Source of the DNA: Kiritimatiellia bacterium
GTDB taxonomy: Bacteria > Verrucomicrobiota > Kiritimatiellia > JAQICX01
NCBI GenBank assembly: GCA_027858345.1
Contig: JAQICX010000069.1
Coordinates: forward strand, 5,222-69,221
DNA length: 64,000 nucleotides
Direction of reading: 5' to 3'
The position numbers and the translations under genes were made by a program. The notes beneath the pieces are model-generated. The model made no database searches and had not been told where the DNA came from. It was given only the letters and a program-made list of their open reading frames with translations. Positions 8,434-17,465 of the stretch are shown here, piece after piece (position 1 is the first letter of the stretch; every line of letters starts with the position of its first letter).

Positions 8434-9189
8434 ATGAGAAAGAAATCAAAACTAAATATACTGCTTGCAGGAAAAAAGAAAAAGCATGGTTTTGCACTTA
8501 ATGCTAATGATGCATTAGTTCAGATATCACTACCACTCGTTCTGATTCTGGCAATAGCAACAAGGCTAATGGTTGTTGGTCAACAGATGGCTGATGAACA
8601 ACAGGGGCCCAAAATTCTTGATATCTGGAAACAGCAACTGATTTTAAGAATTGACTCACTTATGAACGATTGGGAGAAGGAGAGTTTTTATAACAAATTT
8701 AACAATGCAAGCGATATTACATGGCTAGACTCCTTTCCCAACGATAAATATCTGCAAACTCTTTGCAAGAACAGCAAAATATTAGATGACATTCCAAGCG
8801 TTAGCACAAACTTCTACATTGAAGCACTGACCTATCAACCCACATCTCTTGAAACGAATGACACATCTGGCTCTTTAACTGTTTTATACGATTCAGAACT
8901 ATCTGAAATCCCGGAAGATATTGAACAAGAATATATAATCAATCCTAGTCACAGAAAATATGCAATTGAACACATTCAAAAAAGATGCCTAATGTGGAAA
9001 ACAAAAATAGAAAATCTGGAATGGGATATAATTGCTAATATTGCAGCAAAACAGCCAATTGAAGATGTAGAGGTCACAGATCAGGAACTAGCTGCACAAA
9101 TGCAGAAAATTGCATATGCTTTGAGAATCAGGAATTATCCAATCTTAAACAGCATCAAATCAGAATACGGCACCACTGCCGAGAATTAA
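8434..9189 (+). CDS. single-pass membrane protein, candidate MotB/ExbD/TolR-type partner; function unknown
   Basis: 251 aa. A basic N-terminus is followed by NDALVQISLPLVLILAIATRLMVV, one TM helix with an Asp at its cytoplasmic edge. I recognised no OmpA-like motif in the remainder. Confidence 0.35.
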   Translation: MRKKSKLNILLAGKKKKHGFALNANDALVQISLPLVLILAIATRLMVVGQQMADEQQGPKILDIWKQQLILRIDSLMNDWEKESFYNKFNNASDITWLDSFPNDKYLQTLCKNSKILDDIPSVSTNFYIEALTYQPTSLETNDTSGSLTVLYDSELSEIPEDIEQEYIINPSHRKYAIEHIQKRCLMWKTKIENLEWDIIANIAAKQPIEDVEVTDQELAAQMQKIAYALRIRNYPILNSIKSEYGTTAEN

Positions 9190-9484
9190 TCAGGTGACAG
9201 ATTTCATGATTTTCACATGCTGACACTGTGACAATAAATCCATTCTAAGATCATCTGTTTTAATATTTACATTTATAAACAAGACGTTTTTTAATATTAC
9301 AAAACCTCCCAGTTCTATTTTTACATACAGAAACAACAGAAAAAGGTGAAATATAATTAAACTTTTGTCATGAAAAAACAGTTATAAAAGTCATTCTGAT
9401 ATTTTAGTTCACTTATAACTTGCAAATTTTGCTCTTTATATGTATAATTAATTAATTATTTTGAAATAAAAGGAATTGGTATTT

Positions 9485-11395
9485 ATGTTAAAAAGATTTC
9501 GCATAGCACTGTTTGTGATGTTGGACATCCTGATTTTTGCGTTAGCTTTTATATCTGCAATGTTGCTAAGGTTTGAATTTAAGTTAGACAATCAACTTCA
9601 GCAGACTTATGAAGAAGCTATCATGATTGTCGCCATTATGTCTCTATCAATGGTGCTTTTGAAAATATATAAAAGCCTTTGGATTTATACAAGTATCAAT
9701 GAACTCATGCGAATTTTTGTGGCCATAGGTGTTCCATCTTTTATTTTATTTATTGTTAATTCATTTCTTCCCACACGACAGGTTCCCCAAAGTGTAATTA
9801 TTATGATGTTCATCCTATCTTATATGGGAGTTGGAGGGTCTAGAGTACTGTACAGAATTCTTCGAATGAGGAAATCATACATATTTGCAAAAAATAAATG
9901 TCTAAAGAATGTCCTTATAATTGGAGCAGGAGATGCTGGGCGAATGTTGCTCAACGAAATTCGAATGAATAACTCCCTTAGTTACAAAATTGTTGGCTTT
10001 CTCGATGACAACAAAAACAAATTTGGCAGAAACATAAATGGAATAAAAATTGTTGGTGAAAGTAAAGATGTTGTTGAGATTACCAAGAAGCATTCAGTTG
10101 ACCTGATAATTTTTGCCATTCCGAGTATGGATCCAAAAGAGCAGCGTGAAATTTTAAATTTATGTAGTGAGACAAAAGTCGAAGTTAAAACACTTCCACC
10201 TATATCAAACTGGATGACAGATGCATCGGCATTGACTCAAATGAAAGAAGTGGATATCGCTGATCTACTGGGCAGAGAACAAGTTGAGTTAGATAAACAA
10301 GGTGTTAATGATTATTTAAGAGACAAAGTTGTACTTGTTACAGGAGGCGGCGGATCCATCGGTTCAGAGCTTGTAAGGCAACTCGTTGCTTATGATACTA
10401 AGAAGGTTGTCGTGGTTGATATTTATGAGAACACGACATACGAACTGGAAAGAGAAATCAGCCACTTAGCCACTCAAGTTGATCCATCCACAACCGATAT
10501 TGAAGTATATATTTCATCAGTTAGAGATTATGCCCAAATGGAAAAATTATTTAAGAAAATCAAACCAGACATTATTTTTCATGCCGCAGCTCATAAGCAT
10601 GTTCCTTTAATGGAAAGAACGCCTCAGGAAGCTATTAAGAATAATATATTTGGTACATTTAACGTGGCAAAATTGGCAAAGAAATATGAAGCAGAAAGAT
10701 TTATTCTTATATCAACAGACAAAGCTGTGCGTCCAACAAATGTTATGGGTGCAACAAAACGATTTGCTGAAATGATTATTCAAGCACATGGTAATGAACA
10801 AAACTGCAAAACAAAATTTTCCTGTGTTCGTTTTGGCAATGTTTTAGGGTCAAACGGTTCTGTGATTCCACTTTTCAAAGAACAGATTAAAAAAGGTGGT
10901 CCTGTGACAGTAACGGATGCAAACATTATAAGATATTTTATGACGATTCCTGAAGCAGCATCATTGGTTATACAAGCTGGACTTTATGCAAACCAAGGAG
11001 AAATCTTTGTTCTAGACATGGGAGAACCTGTCAAAATCATCAATCTTGCAGAAAAAATCATAAGACTATCCGGCTACACTCCATACGAGGAAATCAAAAT
11101 TGAATTTTTGGGACTTCGTCCAGGAGAAAAAATGTATGAAGAGCTTTTGGTTGACAAGGTTGACCAACAAAAAACTCCTTGTAAGAAAATTTTCATAGAA
11201 GAGAGAGAGAGTCACTCTATGGCAAACATACTATCTTATATTGAAGAATTGAGTGAAATCATACAGAATGATGAGCATATTGACTATAAAGAAATTTTAA
11301 AAAAACATGTCGATACTTACCTGCCTGAAGGACTAAAAAACATTAAATTAGGCAAGGGTGCTGACTATGCTCAACGAACTAAAAGACAAAATTGA
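9485..11395 (+). CDS. membrane-bound polysaccharide biosynthesis protein, CapD/WbpM/PglF-type NDP-sugar 4,6-dehydratase
   Basis: The track ORF begins at TTG 9476. The ATG at 9485 is better placed behind AAAGGAA. Has N-terminal TM helices and two Rossmann regions (VLIIGAGDAG; VLVTGGGGSIGSEL). Also has the ISTDKAVRPTNVMGATKR motif. Confidence 0.85.
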   Translation: MLKRFRIALFVMLDILIFALAFISAMLLRFEFKLDNQLQQTYEEAIMIVAIMSLSMVLLKIYKSLWIYTSINELMRIFVAIGVPSFILFIVNSFLPTRQVPQSVIIMMFILSYMGVGGSRVLYRILRMRKSYIFAKNKCLKNVLIIGAGDAGRMLLNEIRMNNSLSYKIVGFLDDNKNKFGRNINGIKIVGESKDVVEITKKHSVDLIIFAIPSMDPKEQREILNLCSETKVEVKTLPPISNWMTDASALTQMKEVDIADLLGREQVELDKQGVNDYLRDKVVLVTGGGGSIGSELVRQLVAYDTKKVVVVDIYENTTYELEREISHLATQVDPSTTDIEVYISSVRDYAQMEKLFKKIKPDIIFHAAAHKHVPLMERTPQEAIKNNIFGTFNVAKLAKKYEAERFILISTDKAVRPTNVMGATKRFAEMIIQAHGNEQNCKTKFSCVRFGNVLGSNGSVIPLFKEQIKKGGPVTVTDANIIRYFMTIPEAASLVIQAGLYANQGEIFVLDMGEPVKIINLAEKIIRLSGYTPYEEIKIEFLGLRPGEKMYEELLVDKVDQQKTPCKKIFIEERESHSMANILSYIEELSEIIQNDEHIDYKEILKKHVDTYLPEGLKNIKLGKGADYAQRTKRQN

Positions 11396-11447
11396 TATAA
11401 ACTTACAAATATTATTAAAACAAAACAATGTCAATCGGAGATTATAA

Positions 11448-12536
11448 ATGTTAGACAAATGCTATGCAGTAATTATGGCAGGTGGACGCGGAGAGAGATT
11501 CTGGCCGATGAGCACAAGTAAAAAACCCAAACAATTATTATCTTTATTAGGCGAAAAAACATTGCTGGCAATGGCTGTTGACAGATTAGATGGACTCATT
11601 CCTCCTGAGAGAGTTTTTGTCATCACAAATGCAGAAATAGTTGAAGCATCTCAGAAGGCAGCACCAGCCCTTTTGCCGGAAAATATCATTGGTGAACCAT
11701 TTGGTCGTGATACAGCAGCAGTATGTGCTCTTGCCTCTGCAATTGTTCGACGAAAAGATCCTGATGGTGCATTCTGCATCCTTACAGCAGATCAGCTTAT
11801 AGAAAACTTAGAAGTTTTTCAAAACACTCTTAGACAAGGACTTACGAGGGCTTTAAAACAGGATACAATTATCACAATTGGTATAAACCCTGGTTTTCCA
11901 GCCACTGGTTTTGGTTATATTGAAGCTGGCAAATCTACAGGTAATCAAGCTGGAGTTGAGTTCTTCGATGTGGAACGTTTTGTTGAAAAGCCTAACCTCG
12001 AAACTGCGGTAAAATATGTTGCATCTGGAAACTATTTTTGGAATGCGGGCATGTTTATATGGTCTGTTAAAACAGTCAGGACAGCATTAAGTAATTTCGT
12101 TCCCAATCTACTTGAGTTAGCAGACACTATGGAGCAATATGCAACAGGTACTTCTGAATTTGATGCGAAACTTGAAGAGGAATATGGAAAGCTGGAAAAA
12201 ACAAGTATTGACTATGCTATAATGGAAAAAGCTGATAACATCCAGATGATTAAAGGCGTCTTTGAGTGGGATGATGTTGGTTCGTGGCCTGCAATTGAAA
12301 ATCATTTGGATAAAACAGAAGATAACAATGTTGTTATCGGTGAGTGTTTATCAATGGATTCATCCAATAACATCGTTGTTTCTGAAGATGGACTAACTGC
12401 TCTAATAGGTGTTAAAGATTTAGTTGTTGTAAAAGTTGATGGTGTAACTATGGTATGCAACAAATCAAAAGCTCAGGATATCAAAAAAATGGTTGCAATG
12501 GTTAAATCAAATGGCAATTTTGATCAATTAATATAA
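11448..12536 (+). CDS. manC: mannose-1-phosphate guanylyltransferase
   Basis: 362 aa. Starts AVIMAGGRGERFWPMSTSKKPKQLL and has GFGYIE and NAGMFIW motifs of the ManC/CpsB nucleotidyltransferase domain. No PMI cupin domain. Confidence 0.8.
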   Translation: MLDKCYAVIMAGGRGERFWPMSTSKKPKQLLSLLGEKTLLAMAVDRLDGLIPPERVFVITNAEIVEASQKAAPALLPENIIGEPFGRDTAAVCALASAIVRRKDPDGAFCILTADQLIENLEVFQNTLRQGLTRALKQDTIITIGINPGFPATGFGYIEAGKSTGNQAGVEFFDVERFVEKPNLETAVKYVASGNYFWNAGMFIWSVKTVRTALSNFVPNLLELADTMEQYATGTSEFDAKLEEEYGKLEKTSIDYAIMEKADNIQMIKGVFEWDDVGSWPAIENHLDKTEDNNVVIGECLSMDSSNNIVVSEDGLTALIGVKDLVVVKVDGVTMVCNKSKAQDIKKMVAMVKSNGNFDQLI

Positions 12537-12553
12537 AACATCTTAAGGAATTA

Positions 12554-12976
12554 ATGAAATTATTAGGAATAGATTATGGTATTCGTAGACTCGGCATAGC
12601 CATCAGCGATCCATTGGGTATGCTGGCAACACCTTTCAGAACCGTAAACACATTTTCTGATGAGCAATCTTTACAAGAAATATGTAACTTAATTGAAGAA
12701 ACAAAGGCTGAAAAATTGGTTATAGGTCTTCCATTAAACATGGATGGTACTGAAGGACCAATGGTATTAAAGGTTAGGGAATTTATTGAAAAACTAAAAC
12801 TCAAAACAGATTTACCTATTGAATTTTCTGATGAACGCCTAAGCAGCAGTCTTGTTGAAAGAACGCTGATCGAAGCAGATATGAGCAGAGAAAAGCGAAA
12901 AAATGTCAGAGACAAACTTGCTGCACAGGTAATACTACAAGGATATATAGATGCAAATGAAAACGACATACTTTAG
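12554..12976 (+). CDS. ruvX: YqgF/RuvX-family putative pre-16S rRNA nuclease (Holliday junction resolvase-like)
   Basis: 140 aa. Has MKLLGIDYGIRRLGIAISDPLG and LVIGLPLNMDGTEGP. Confidence 0.9.
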   Translation: MKLLGIDYGIRRLGIAISDPLGMLATPFRTVNTFSDEQSLQEICNLIEETKAEKLVIGLPLNMDGTEGPMVLKVREFIEKLKLKTDLPIEFSDERLSSSLVERTLIEADMSREKRKNVRDKLAAQVILQGYIDANENDIL

Positions 12977-13418
12977 CCTAACAGGTCTTACACTCACTCT
13001 TTTGTTTCTGGTTTTTCTTTTTTCAGGTTGTTCAACCATAAAGCCACCAAAAGGCGTTAATGCCCAAACTTATACAATAGAAACAACTGGATATTGTAGT
13101 TGTGGAAAATGTTGTGGCTGGAAAAGGAACTGGATGTTCAGACCAGTATATAGCAGTGGTCCCAATAAAGGTAAACGAAAAGAGGTTGGTATAACAGCTT
13201 CTGGAACAAAAGCCAGACGAGGCATTCTTGCAGCAGACACATCAATTTTCCCGTTCGGTACAATAATGGAAATTCCTGGTTTTGGATACGGAATTGTTGA
13301 AGATCGCGGCGGAGCAATCAAGGGATATAAGGTTGATATTTTCTTTCCAAAACATAAGGAAGCTTTGAATTGGGGAAGACAAAGCCTTAAAGTAAAAGTC
13401 TGGAAACCAAAAAAATAA
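12951..13418 (+). CDS. 3D-domain lipoprotein (MltA/RlpA-like fold)
   Basis: 155 aa. Lipobox LFSGCS. Has TGYCSCGKCCGW...TASGTKARRGILAADTSIFPFGT...VEDRGGAIKGYKVDIFF. Overlaps the ruvX end by 26 nt. Confidence 0.7.
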   Translation: MQMKTTYFSLTGLTLTLLFLVFLFSGCSTIKPPKGVNAQTYTIETTGYCSCGKCCGWKRNWMFRPVYSSGPNKGKRKEVGITASGTKARRGILAADTSIFPFGTIMEIPGFGYGIVEDRGGAIKGYKVDIFFPKHKEALNWGRQSLKVKVWKPKK

Positions 13419-13513
13419 GATTAATTTGTAGATTTATTATTGTAACAACAATCATATTTTATTAAACTTCACTGCTGTTAAGAATTTAAGTAAAGAAAAA
13501 AAGGAAAACATAA

Positions 13514-14371
13514 ATGAAATACGGAATCCAAACAGATCTTACAGGTAAAGTTGCATTTGTAACAGGCGGAGGTGGAGTGCTTTGTGGAACAATGGCAAAA
13601 GCTTTAGCTGATGCAGGTGCAAAGGTTGCAATTGCTGACCTGAGAAAAGAAGCTGCAGACACTGTTGCAAAAGAGATTAATGATGCAGGTGGAATAGCTA
13701 TGGGTGTTGAGTGTAATGTTCTCAACCGTGAAAGCATTGAAGCTGCAAACAAGGAGGTTATTGAAAAATTTGGAGAAACGGACATTTTAATTAATGGCGC
13801 TGGAGGAAATCATCCTAAAGGTACCACCTCAATGGAGTTCATGACAAAAGAAGTTCTTGAGAACACCGATGAGAATGTTAAAACATTTTACGATCTTGAT
13901 CCTGATGGTGTTCAGTTTGTATTCAACTTGAACTTTCTTGGCACCCTACTACCTTCTCAAGTATTAACAAAAGGCATGGTTGCAAAAGGTTCCGGCACAA
14001 TTATTAACATTTCTTCAATGAACGCTTTTACGCCGCTAACCAAGATTCCGGCATATAGTGCAGCAAAAGCGTCAATAAGCAACTTCACACAATGGCTCGC
14101 TGTACATATGTCTAAAGTTGGGATACGTGTTAACGCAATTGCACCAGGATTTTTTCTTACAGATCAAAACCGCAGTCTTCTAACAAACGAAGATGGTTCA
14201 TATACAGCTCGTGCAGATAAAATATTGAACAATACTCCTATGGGTGAGTTTGGAACACCAGAAGACTTAATTGGTGTTTTGCTATGGCTGACATCTGAAG
14301 AAGCAGCACGTTTTGTTACTGGTACAGTAATTCCTGTCGATGGTGGTTTTGCTGCTTACAGTGGTGTCTAA
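13514..14371 (+). CDS. SDR-family oxidoreductase
   Basis: 285 aa. Has VAFVTGGGGVLCG, NGAG and the S...YSAAK catalytic motif. Confidence 0.85.
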   Translation: MKYGIQTDLTGKVAFVTGGGGVLCGTMAKALADAGAKVAIADLRKEAADTVAKEINDAGGIAMGVECNVLNRESIEAANKEVIEKFGETDILINGAGGNHPKGTTSMEFMTKEVLENTDENVKTFYDLDPDGVQFVFNLNFLGTLLPSQVLTKGMVAKGSGTIINISSMNAFTPLTKIPAYSAAKASISNFTQWLAVHMSKVGIRVNAIAPGFFLTDQNRSLLTNEDGSYTARADKILNNTPMGEFGTPEDLIGVLLWLTSEEAARFVTGTVIPVDGGFAAYSGV

Positions 14372-14392
14372 AACACTGTGTGTTATTTCAAA

Positions 14393-14426
14393 AGAGCAAC
14401 AGTTTTACCTGTTGCTCTTTTTTTTT
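14393..14426 (+). terminator. rho-independent terminator after the SDR gene
   Basis: AGAGCAACAG-TTTTAC-CTGTTGCTCT (10-bp stem) followed by T8. Confidence 0.8.
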
Positions 14427-14561
14427 AAGTATGCACTTACAAAAACATACTTAATATTTGCCATATTTTAACCTATTTATATAAAAAAAATCACTTAAAC
14501 GCTTCTTTTACCTCCAAATATATGAAACAAATAAAAAATATTATTTTTTACCTTATTTTAA

Positions 14562-14589
14562 TTGACTTTTTTTAGGGTTTGAACTACTA
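14562..14589 (+). promoter_or_regulatory. candidate sigma70-type promoter for the export locus
   Basis: TTGACT-N16-TACTAT in the 354-bp AT-rich spacer upstream of 14726. Motif match only. Confidence 0.25.
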
Positions 14590-14725
14590 TTGTGCTAACT
14601 TTGAATATAGGTATATTCATTCACAATCGAAACTCAATCAGTTTAAATTGAGGAAAGCTGAATAGGTTGTATTGATACCTAAGGTTTTAAACAGATTTTA
14701 TAGCAATAAAAACAGGGGATAAAAA

Positions 14726-15550
14726 ATGAAAAGAAATAACATACTTGTCATAATGTTTAGCATTATACTTGCTTCTAATGTAGCAAATGCAGCAGATTAT
14801 TTAGCTCGTGCAGTTATAACTGATGTAAGAGGGATTGCAACATATTCCTCAAAAATGCAAAGTGGAACAATAGCAAAAGGTCTTGCCCTTCCCCAAAGTT
14901 ATACAGTTCAAACAAAAAAAGATTCAACAGTTGATATGATTTTGACTTCAGGAGCGGCAGTAAGAGTTATGCCAAATTCAATTGTTGTTATTGACACTCT
15001 TGACATTATTTCTGAAGGACTACCTACAAAAGATTCAATAAACATCCTTAAACGAGTTGTTCTAGACCTTAAAAAGGGTATGATAATGGTTAATATTCCT
15101 ACACAAACCAAAAATATTAATTTTAAAGTTAACACGAAATTTGGAACCGTTATTGCCGACAAGCCAGCTGCATTTGAAGTTATGGCAACAGCAACTACTG
15201 CTGAAGCTAAGTCAGGCATTGGAGAGATTGACGTAACATCAAGAACCAAGACTTCAACCGTTCCTAGTGGTCAATCGGTAATCATGATGGATGGAGATCT
15301 GCAACTAAGAGCTGCTGTTACAACAGGTATAGCAACATTTGCATCCACATCCTCAAAAACTCTTTCAGATGTTTTTGCATCAGTTAACCCAAGTCAGACT
15401 CAGGATGTTATAGATTCTATATCCAGTGTAATTAATACACCGACAGTAGAACCACCAACAGAGAGAAGAAGACCAACTCCAAAGGGTACAGAACAACCAT
15501 TGCCGCCAGATCCAATTAACAATGGCGATCCAAGCCAATCAACTTTGTGA
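14726..15550 (+). CDS. secreted protein of unknown function
   Basis: 274 aa. Signal peptide ILVIMFSIILASNVANA. Beta-rich body and a Pro-rich C-terminal tail. First gene of the export operon. Confidence 0.5.
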   Translation: MKRNNILVIMFSIILASNVANAADYLARAVITDVRGIATYSSKMQSGTIAKGLALPQSYTVQTKKDSTVDMILTSGAAVRVMPNSIVVIDTLDIISEGLPTKDSINILKRVVLDLKKGMIMVNIPTQTKNINFKVNTKFGTVIADKPAAFEVMATATTAEAKSGIGEIDVTSRTKTSTVPSGQSVIMMDGDLQLRAAVTTGIATFASTSSKTLSDVFASVNPSQTQDVIDSISSVINTPTVEPPTERRRPTPKGTEQPLPPDPINNGDPSQSTL

Positions 15551-15580
15551 AATTTAATAACAAATGAGAAAGTTAGAACT

Positions 15581-16735
15581 ATGAAAAAAACAATATTTAC
15601 ATTAGCAGCACTATCAATGCTCAGCACGAATCTTATTGCAGAGCTTGAGCCTATCAAAGTTGAGGCAGGCAAGTTTACTCTTGAACCAAGTTTATATGCA
15701 TCTGTTCAATATGATGACAATGTGTTTTTGGATAAATATAATGAGCAGGATGATATTATATACCGAATCAGACCTGAGCTAGCTCTATTTTACGGCAATC
15801 AGGACGGAAACTACCTTACTATGGCTGCGGCTTTTGAATGGAAACTGTACGATGAGCTTACCGATGAGAACGATGAAAACTGGTATTTTGATGCTGGTCT
15901 ATATTGGATTTTTCCTAAATCAACATTCTTTTTGAAAGGTGACTATACTACAGATACAAGCGGTGACCTGGAGCAAGGTGATTTAACTAGAGAGACAAGA
16001 ATAAATGTTCTGTCTGAGTTTGAAAGAACAGTCAGCAGTAAAACATCCGCATCTGCCTTATTCAGCGTTCGTAGCAAAGATTATCCAAACAACGACACTC
16101 TTATTGGATATATAGACTGGAATCCTGCATTGCGTTTTTACTACAACATGTTCCCTAAATCAGATATTTTTGGTGAATTGGGATACGGTTATGTTGATAG
16201 ATCGGGCAACAAAGGCTATGATTCACAATACACATCTTACAGCATTGGTGTTCGTAGAGAACAGACTGCCAAACTTAACTTAGAAGCTAAAGTTGGTGGA
16301 CAATATCGCACAAATGAAGATGACGCACTTCAAGACACATGGAATCTTATTTTTTACCTTAAAGCACTTGCAAATTTATCTCGATTAACAACCGTAACCA
16401 TTCATGGTGGTCAATATGTTGCACCTGCAGCTAACAATATTACGGCTGACAAAACTGAACTATGGATCGAAGGTCTAATCGTAAAACAGGTAAGTGGCAG
16501 TAACCTATATTTTGACCTTAGTGCTAAATATAGATACCTGTCATGGGACGACCTGATGATTAAAGATGTTTATCGTAAGGATGATGAATATACTTTCCGT
16601 ATTGGTGCAAACTATAAAATAACATCTGAATTTAATACTGGTGTTAAATATGAGTACAGAACCGACACCTCAAATATAGACACTTATGACTTTGATGAAA
16701 ATAAAGTTACTCTGTTTCTAAGATATTCAATGTAA
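15581..16735 (+). CDS. predicted outer-membrane beta-barrel protein
   Basis: 384 aa. Signal peptide MKKTIFTLAALSMLSTNLIA. Y/F/W-rich alternating pattern throughout. C-terminal strand VTLFLRYSM. Located just before the wza-like gene. Confidence 0.5.
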   Translation: MKKTIFTLAALSMLSTNLIAELEPIKVEAGKFTLEPSLYASVQYDDNVFLDKYNEQDDIIYRIRPELALFYGNQDGNYLTMAAAFEWKLYDELTDENDENWYFDAGLYWIFPKSTFFLKGDYTTDTSGDLEQGDLTRETRINVLSEFERTVSSKTSASALFSVRSKDYPNNDTLIGYIDWNPALRFYYNMFPKSDIFGELGYGYVDRSGNKGYDSQYTSYSIGVRREQTAKLNLEAKVGGQYRTNEDDALQDTWNLIFYLKALANLSRLTTVTIHGGQYVAPAANNITADKTELWIEGLIVKQVSGSNLYFDLSAKYRYLSWDDLMIKDVYRKDDEYTFRIGANYKITSEFNTGVKYEYRTDTSNIDTYDFDENKVTLFLRYSM

Positions 16736-16786
16736 TAAGTAATAAATAAACCCCGATATATACATATCAAATTTTAGGAGCCTGAA

Positions 16787-17440
16787 TTGAACAAAGGAAT
16801 ATTCTTCTTATTAACAATTTCATTATTTTTTTTAGCAACAAGCTGCAGAACCTCAAAGCCCGCACGTATTAACAACATGTCAGAAGCAGAACTTCTTGAT
16901 ATTGTTAAACAGGAAGACTTAAAAACAACAGAAGGAAGAACATACAGACTAACATCTCTTGATGTTATTGAAGTTGAAGTCTTTCAGGAACCCGAGTTAT
17001 CTAAAAAATTCAAAATTTCACCATTAGGTACGATCAACTACCCACTATTAGGCGCTGTATCAGTGGAAAATCTTACAGTATCAGAAGCTGAAGCTAAGAT
17101 TACCAAACTTCTGGCCGAGAATTACCTTGTAGATCCTCGTGTCAATGTGATTGTTTCGTCAACAGCAAACCGAAGAGTGAACATATTTGGTGAAGTTAAA
17201 AAACCCGGAACATTTAGCATATCAACAGATGAACCATTCTCTCTTCTTGCTACTCTCTCTAAAGCTGGTGGCTTCACAGATATTGCGGACATTAAAAAAG
17301 TTCGTATTGTTAGACGTCAATCAGGTGAAGAAACAATTATAAAAGTAAATGTAGCTGATTTGATTAATGGAAAAAATGATGAGAAAGATATACCGTTGAT
17401 GAATGGTGATATTATTACAGTACCTGAAACTTGGCTTTAA
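16787..17440 (+). CDS. polysaccharide export protein (Wza-like: Poly_export plus SLBB)
   Basis: 217 aa. TTG start 7 nt after AGGAG. Lipobox-like ATSC. Has YRLTSLDVIEVEVF, GTINYPLLG and NIFGEVKKPGTF motifs. Confidence 0.8.
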   Translation: MNKGIFFLLTISLFFLATSCRTSKPARINNMSEAELLDIVKQEDLKTTEGRTYRLTSLDVIEVEVFQEPELSKKFKISPLGTINYPLLGAVSVENLTVSEAEAKITKLLAENYLVDPRVNVIVSSTANRRVNIFGEVKKPGTFSISTDEPFSLLATLSKAGGFTDIADIKKVRIVRRQSGEETIIKVNVADLINGKNDEKDIPLMNGDIITVPETWL

Positions 17441-17465
17441 GTGATTTATAGGAAAATAAGTAAAT

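Noticed and set aside
12951-12976. The 26-nt overlap between ruvX and the 3D-domain gene as a possible frameshift or fusion.
   Set aside because: Both ORFs have complete family-typical ends. An AAGGA RBS precedes the ATG at 12951. Short overlaps are common in this operon-dense genome.
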